Below, in pieces: positions 63,795 to 64,000 of a DNA stretch of 64,000 bases (the first letter of the stretch is position 1; each line of letters begins with the position of its first letter). The stretch lies in contig NC_068984.1 of NCBI RefSeq assembly GCF_001194135.2, forward strand, positions 76,014,620-76,078,619, given 5' to 3'. The stretch is from Octopus bimaculoides. Its lineage: Eukaryota. The translations under genes were made by a program, and so were the position numbers. Below the pieces are notes generated by a model. That model was not told the DNA's origin and did no database searches. It worked only from the letters and a program-made list of their open reading frames with translations.

Positions 63795-64000
63795 TAGACT
63801 TTCAGGTTGAATTCCCAACATAACCAATCAAGTCTATGGATATTATCCAACCATCTTGTTCTTAGTTTACCACTAAGTCTCCTACCAGTTGGCTTGGCTT
63901 GAAGAATCTGTCATGCAATAGTCTGATTACATGTCCACAGCACTGGAGCTGTGACCTCTCAATATGGAGAAGTAGCAGCTTGATCCGGAGAGATTGTTTG
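63795..64000 (-). mobile_element. C-terminal remnant of an RTE (Rex3/Expander-like) LINE, continuing beyond the window
   Basis: LLLHIERSQLQCCGHVIR then, after a frameshift, KPTGRRLSGKLRTRWLDNI. Confidence 0.75.

Overview
AT-rich, CpG-poor, microsatellite- and SINE-laden metazoan genomic DNA. The repeat families look like those of an octopod cephalopod (inference from recalled Octopus SINE sequences; not database-checked). The only protein I recognise firmly is a 710-bp minus-strand exon (5327-6036) encoding the three C2H2 fingers and K/R-rich motif of AEBP2/jing, a PRC2 accessory subunit. I did not find its C-terminal exons, which probably lie left of position 1. Upstream on the same strand, three short phase-compatible exons (59192-59236, 56351-56397, 54889-54921) splice into an open, unrecognised peptide; this is either the AEBP2 N-terminus or a separate gene, possibly ending at a terminal-exon candidate at 43710-43810. 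The rest is intronic/intergenic. It holds a decayed RTE LINE with a PHD-like finger inside its RT region, a 5'-truncated CR1-like LINE inserted into a SINE that shares its 3' tail, several tRNA-derived SINE families, TTAA-flanked piggyBac-type MITEs, a hAT MITE with an 8-bp TSD, a degenerate minimal hammerhead-ribozyme motif, a ~330-bp local duplication and two assembly gaps. Most ORFs in the supplied track are microsatellite or repeat artefacts. Repeat boundaries are by eye and approximate unless TSDs/TIRs are quoted.
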